From the NCBI GenBank assembly GCA_963828735.1, contig CAWHFW010000005.1, forward strand, positions 1,984,001-2,048,000: 64,000 nucleotides of DNA, read 5' to 3'. The position numbers and the translations under genes are program-made. Origin of the DNA: an uncultured Gemmatimonadales bacterium. GTDB taxonomy: Bacteria; Gemmatimonadota; Gemmatimonadetes; Gemmatimonadales; GWC2-71-9. The notes under the pieces are model-generated. The model was not told where the DNA came from. It did no database searches and was given only the letters and a program-made list of their open reading frames with translations. Positions 60,952 through 64,000 of the stretch are shown piece after piece; position 1 is the first letter of the stretch, and each line of letters starts with the position of its first letter.

Positions 60952-63633
60952 GTGCCGCCCGACCTCGACCGCCTCCGCGCCGGTCTCATCGACCGCTACC
61001 GTCTCGAGCGCGAGCTGGGCCAGGGCGGCATGGCCACGGTCTACCTGGCCGAGGACCTCAAGCACAGGCGCAACGTGGCCATCAAGGTGCTGCGCCCCGA
61101 GCTGGCCGCCGTCATCGGGGCCGAGCGCTTCCTGCGTGAGATCCAGACCATCGCGACGCTGCAGCACCCGCACATCCTCGGCCTGATCGACAGCGGCGAG
61201 GTGAACGGCACCGCGTACTACGTCATGCCGTTCGTCGACGGCGAGTCGCTGCGTGACCGGTTGCGCCGGGAGAAGCAGCTGCCGGTGGGTGACGCGGTGC
61301 GCCTGGCCACCGAGGTAGCCGCCGCCCTCGACTACGCCCACCGGCATGGGGTCATCCACCGCGACATCAAGCCCGAGAACATCCTCCTGCACGACGGTGG
61401 CGCGCTGGTGGCCGACTTCGGCATCGCGTTGGCCGTCTCCAGCGCGGGTGGCGGCGACCGCATGACCGAGACCGGCATGTCGCTCGGCACGCCGTACTAC
61501 ATGTCGCCCGAGCAGGCCATGGGCGAGCGCGCCATCACGGCCCGCTCCGACGTGTACGCCCTCGGCGCCGTCACCTACGAGATGCTGGTCGGCGAGCCGC
61601 CGTTCACGGGGCCCACGGCGCAGGCCATCGTGGCCAAGGTGATGAGCGCCGACCCCGCCGGCCTGTCGGCCCAGCGCCGGAGCGTGCCGCCTGCCGTCGA
61701 GGACGCGGTCCTCACCGCGCTGTCCAAGCTGCCCGCCGACCGCTTCGCCAGCGCCGCCGAGTTCGCCGCCGCCCTCAAGGGCGACGCCGCGAGAACCGTC
61801 ACCGTCCGCCGTCCCGCGGCCACCGGCGCGCGGGCCCGCCCCTGGCTCGTGCCGATGCTCGGCGCCGTCGCCGCCCTCGCGGTGGCGGCGGCTGTCGTGC
61901 TGGGGCTCCGGCTGGCCCGCCGCCCCAGCGCGCCGGTCGCCCGCTTCTCGCTCGATATCCCCGACCTGCGGGTCAACTTCACCGGCTTCTACGGCATCTC
62001 CCTCGCGATCGCGCGCGACGGATCCCGCATGGCGTTCGTCACCCGGGCCGGGGAGACTGTCACCCGGCTCGCGGTGCGAGATCGCGGCGACCTCGAGGCC
62101 CGGCTGCTGCCCGGCACCGAGGGGGGCGACGCTCCGTTCTTCTCGCCCGACGGCCGGTGGCTCGGCTTCTTCGCGGGTGGCAAGCTGTACAAGGTGGCGG
62201 TCGCCGGCGGCACGCCGGTGCTGGTGGCCGACAATGCCCAGTTCGCGCTGCCGAGCGCCCTCTGGCTCGCCGACGGCCGGATCGTGTACGCCGGGGCGGA
62301 CTTCAAGATGATGGCGGTCGACGCGGACGGCGGGAACCCGGTGACGCTGGTCCCGGCCCCCAAGTCGGGCGCGCTGCGCTATCCGGCCGCCCTGCTGGAC
62401 GATCGAGTGCTGATCCTGACCCGGTGCGGCAACACCTGCGCCGGGCCGGCGCTCGTCGCGATCGACGTGCGGACGCAGGCCGAGGATACCATCCTCGTCG
62501 GCGCTACCGAGGCCGCGCTCCTGCCGGACGGCACCCTCGTCGCCGTGCGCGGCGACGGCACGGTCCTGGCCGCCCCGTTCGATGCTCGCCGGCACCGCCT
62601 CACCCGCTCGCCGACGCCGGTCCTCACCGGCGTCCAGGTCGAGATCGGGGTCATCCCCGAGTTCGCCGTCGCCGACGACGGGACCCTGGTCTATCTCCCG
62701 TCCAACGCCTTTGCCGGAGTGTCCACCGTGGCGGAGGTGGACCGCGCGGGGCACGCCCGGGTGCTCGATCCCGGGTGGGAGGCCCGCTTCATCAGCGCCG
62801 ACCTGTCGCCCGACGGAAGGCAGATCGCCGTGAGCACGCTGGAGGGTGCCGGCTCGACCCTGTGGGTCAAGCAGCTCGATGCCGGCCCGCTCACCCGGCT
62901 GACGTTCACCACTGGCGTCACCAACTACCGGGCCGCCTGGCTCCCCGACGGCCGCGCCCTGAGCTACAGCTCCGACCTGAAGGGCGGCACTCACCTGTAT
63001 CGCATCCGGGCCGACGGCAGCGACAAGGCCGAGCGCCTCTTTCCCGCCGACTCGGCCCAGATCGATGAGGCGAGCTGGTCGAGCGACGGGCGGTGGCTGG
63101 CCTACCGCACCGGCACGGTGCCGGGCCTCCGCGACGTCTATCTCCGCCGGGCCGCGGGCGACGGCCCGCCGATCCCGGTCGCCGCCGGCTCGGCCGACGA
63201 GTACATGCCGGCCGTGTCGCCCGACGGCCGCTGGGTGGCGTACGTGTCGATCGAGTCGGGGAGGGAGGAGGTGTACGTTCGTCCGGTGCTCGACGTGGAC
63301 CGCGCCCGCTGGCAGGTCTCGTCGGCCGGCGGCACCAGCCCCGTGTGGGGCTCGTCGAGCCGCGAGCTGTACTACGTCGCGCGGGGCGACACCATGGTGG
63401 CGGTCACGGTGGGCGGCACGACCGAGTTCCAGGTCACCGGACGCCAGGCGCTGTTTGGGACCGCGCCGTTTACCTTCACGCCCTGGCACCAGGGCTTCGG
63501 CGTCCGTCCCGACGGCCGGTCGTTCGTCATGCTGAGGCGCACCGACCAATCGGCCGGCCCCGAAGCGCGCCGGCTGGCGGTGGTGCTCAACTGGTTCACT
63601 GAGGTGCGGGCTCGACTCGCCAAGTCGGAATGA
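60952..63633 (+). CDS. Ser/Thr kinase - TM - TolB-like (PD40) beta-propeller
   Basis: [20 protein letters not shown]; repeated (F/W/L)SPDG motifs; end VVLNW. Confidence 0.95.
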   Translation: MPPDLDRLRAGLIDRYRLERELGQGGMATVYLAEDLKHRRNVAIKVLRPELAAVIGAERFLREIQTIATLQHPHILGLIDSGEVNGTAYYVMPFVDGESLRDRLRREKQLPVGDAVRLATEVAAALDYAHRHGVIHRDIKPENILLHDGGALVADFGIALAVSSAGGGDRMTETGMSLGTPYYMSPEQAMGERAITARSDVYALGAVTYEMLVGEPPFTGPTAQAIVAKVMSADPAGLSAQRRSVPPAVEDAVLTALSKLPADRFASAAEFAAALKGDAARTVTVRRPAATGARARPWLVPMLGAVAALAVAAAVVLGLRLARRPSAPVARFSLDIPDLRVNFTGFYGISLAIARDGSRMAFVTRAGETVTRLAVRDRGDLEARLLPGTEGGDAPFFSPDGRWLGFFAGGKLYKVAVAGGTPVLVADNAQFALPSALWLADGRIVYAGADFKMMAVDADGGNPVTLVPAPKSGALRYPAALLDDRVLILTRCGNTCAGPALVAIDVRTQAEDTILVGATEAALLPDGTLVAVRGDGTVLAAPFDARRHRLTRSPTPVLTGVQVEIGVIPEFAVADDGTLVYLPSNAFAGVSTVAEVDRAGHARVLDPGWEARFISADLSPDGRQIAVSTLEGAGSTLWVKQLDAGPLTRLTFTTGVTNYRAAWLPDGRALSYSSDLKGGTHLYRIRADGSDKAERLFPADSAQIDEASWSSDGRWLAYRTGTVPGLRDVYLRRAAGDGPPIPVAAGSADEYMPAVSPDGRWVAYVSIESGREEVYVRPVLDVDRARWQVSSAGGTSPVWGSSSRELYYVARGDTMVAVTVGGTTEFQVTGRQALFGTAPFTFTPWHQGFGVRPDGRSFVMLRRTDQSAGPEARRLAVVLNWFTEVRARLAKSE

Positions 63634-64000
63634 CCGCTCCGCTCGTACCGGACTCCCTGAGCGACGCCTTCCGCGGCCGCTACACCGTCGAACGCGAGCT
63701 TGGCCGCGGCGGCATGGCCACCGTCTACCTCGCCCACGACCTGAAGCACGACCGCAAGGTCGCCGTCAAGGTCCTCCGCCCGAGCTCGCCGCCGTCCTCG
63801 GCGCCGAGCGGTTCCTGGCCGAGATCAGGGTCACCGCCAACCTGCAGCACCCCAACCTGCTGCCGCTGTTCGACTCGGGTGAGGCCGGCCGTTTCCTCTA
63901 TTACGTCATGCCGTACGTCGAAGGCGAGACCCTGCGCGCCCGGCTCGAGCGCGAGCGCCAGCTCCCGGTGGACGAGACCGTTCGCCTGGTGACCCTGCTC
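63630..64000 (+). CDS. Ser/Thr kinase, partial (runs off the right edge), frameshift near 63780
   Basis: ATGA overlap; [31 protein letters not shown], then [33 protein letters not shown] in a shifted frame. Confidence 0.85.

Overview
High-GC bacterial chromosome segment. The gene repertoire (many Hanks-type kinase-TolB_N-TPR genes, a PadR/ADOP pair) suggests Gemmatimonadota or a similar soil lineage; this is inference. Left to right it holds: a STAND-type pseudokinase/AAA/GAF hybrid sensor cut off at the left edge; a tail-anchored AAA ATPase; a cyanophycin cluster (iadA, cphB, cphA plus a Mur-ligase-only paralogue) interrupted by a four-helix-bundle (23S-IVS/Avd-like) gene framed by inverted heptamer arrays; an MCP; and a ~23 kb array of paralogous membrane Ser/Thr kinases interleaved with PAS-GGDEF-EAL, SYLF, DUF3011, cupredoxin and MipA genes. 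Next comes a translationally coupled kinase / pseudokinase / SARP-BTAD-AAA operon. Its four flanking exported-protein genes each carry the same 11-bp-period (C/A)TTGA(C/G) direct repeat upstream of a CAnnnT -10-like hexamer; this is the best candidate for an undescribed signalling system. The right end has PadR-ADOP with two operator palindromes, GNAT, OmpW, leuS, a lower-GC stretch and three more kinases. In total 13 kinase-fold genes were found. Several single-base frameshifts, including one in essential leuS, point to sequencing or assembly error. No rRNA, tRNA, CRISPR array, integrase or transposase was recognised.
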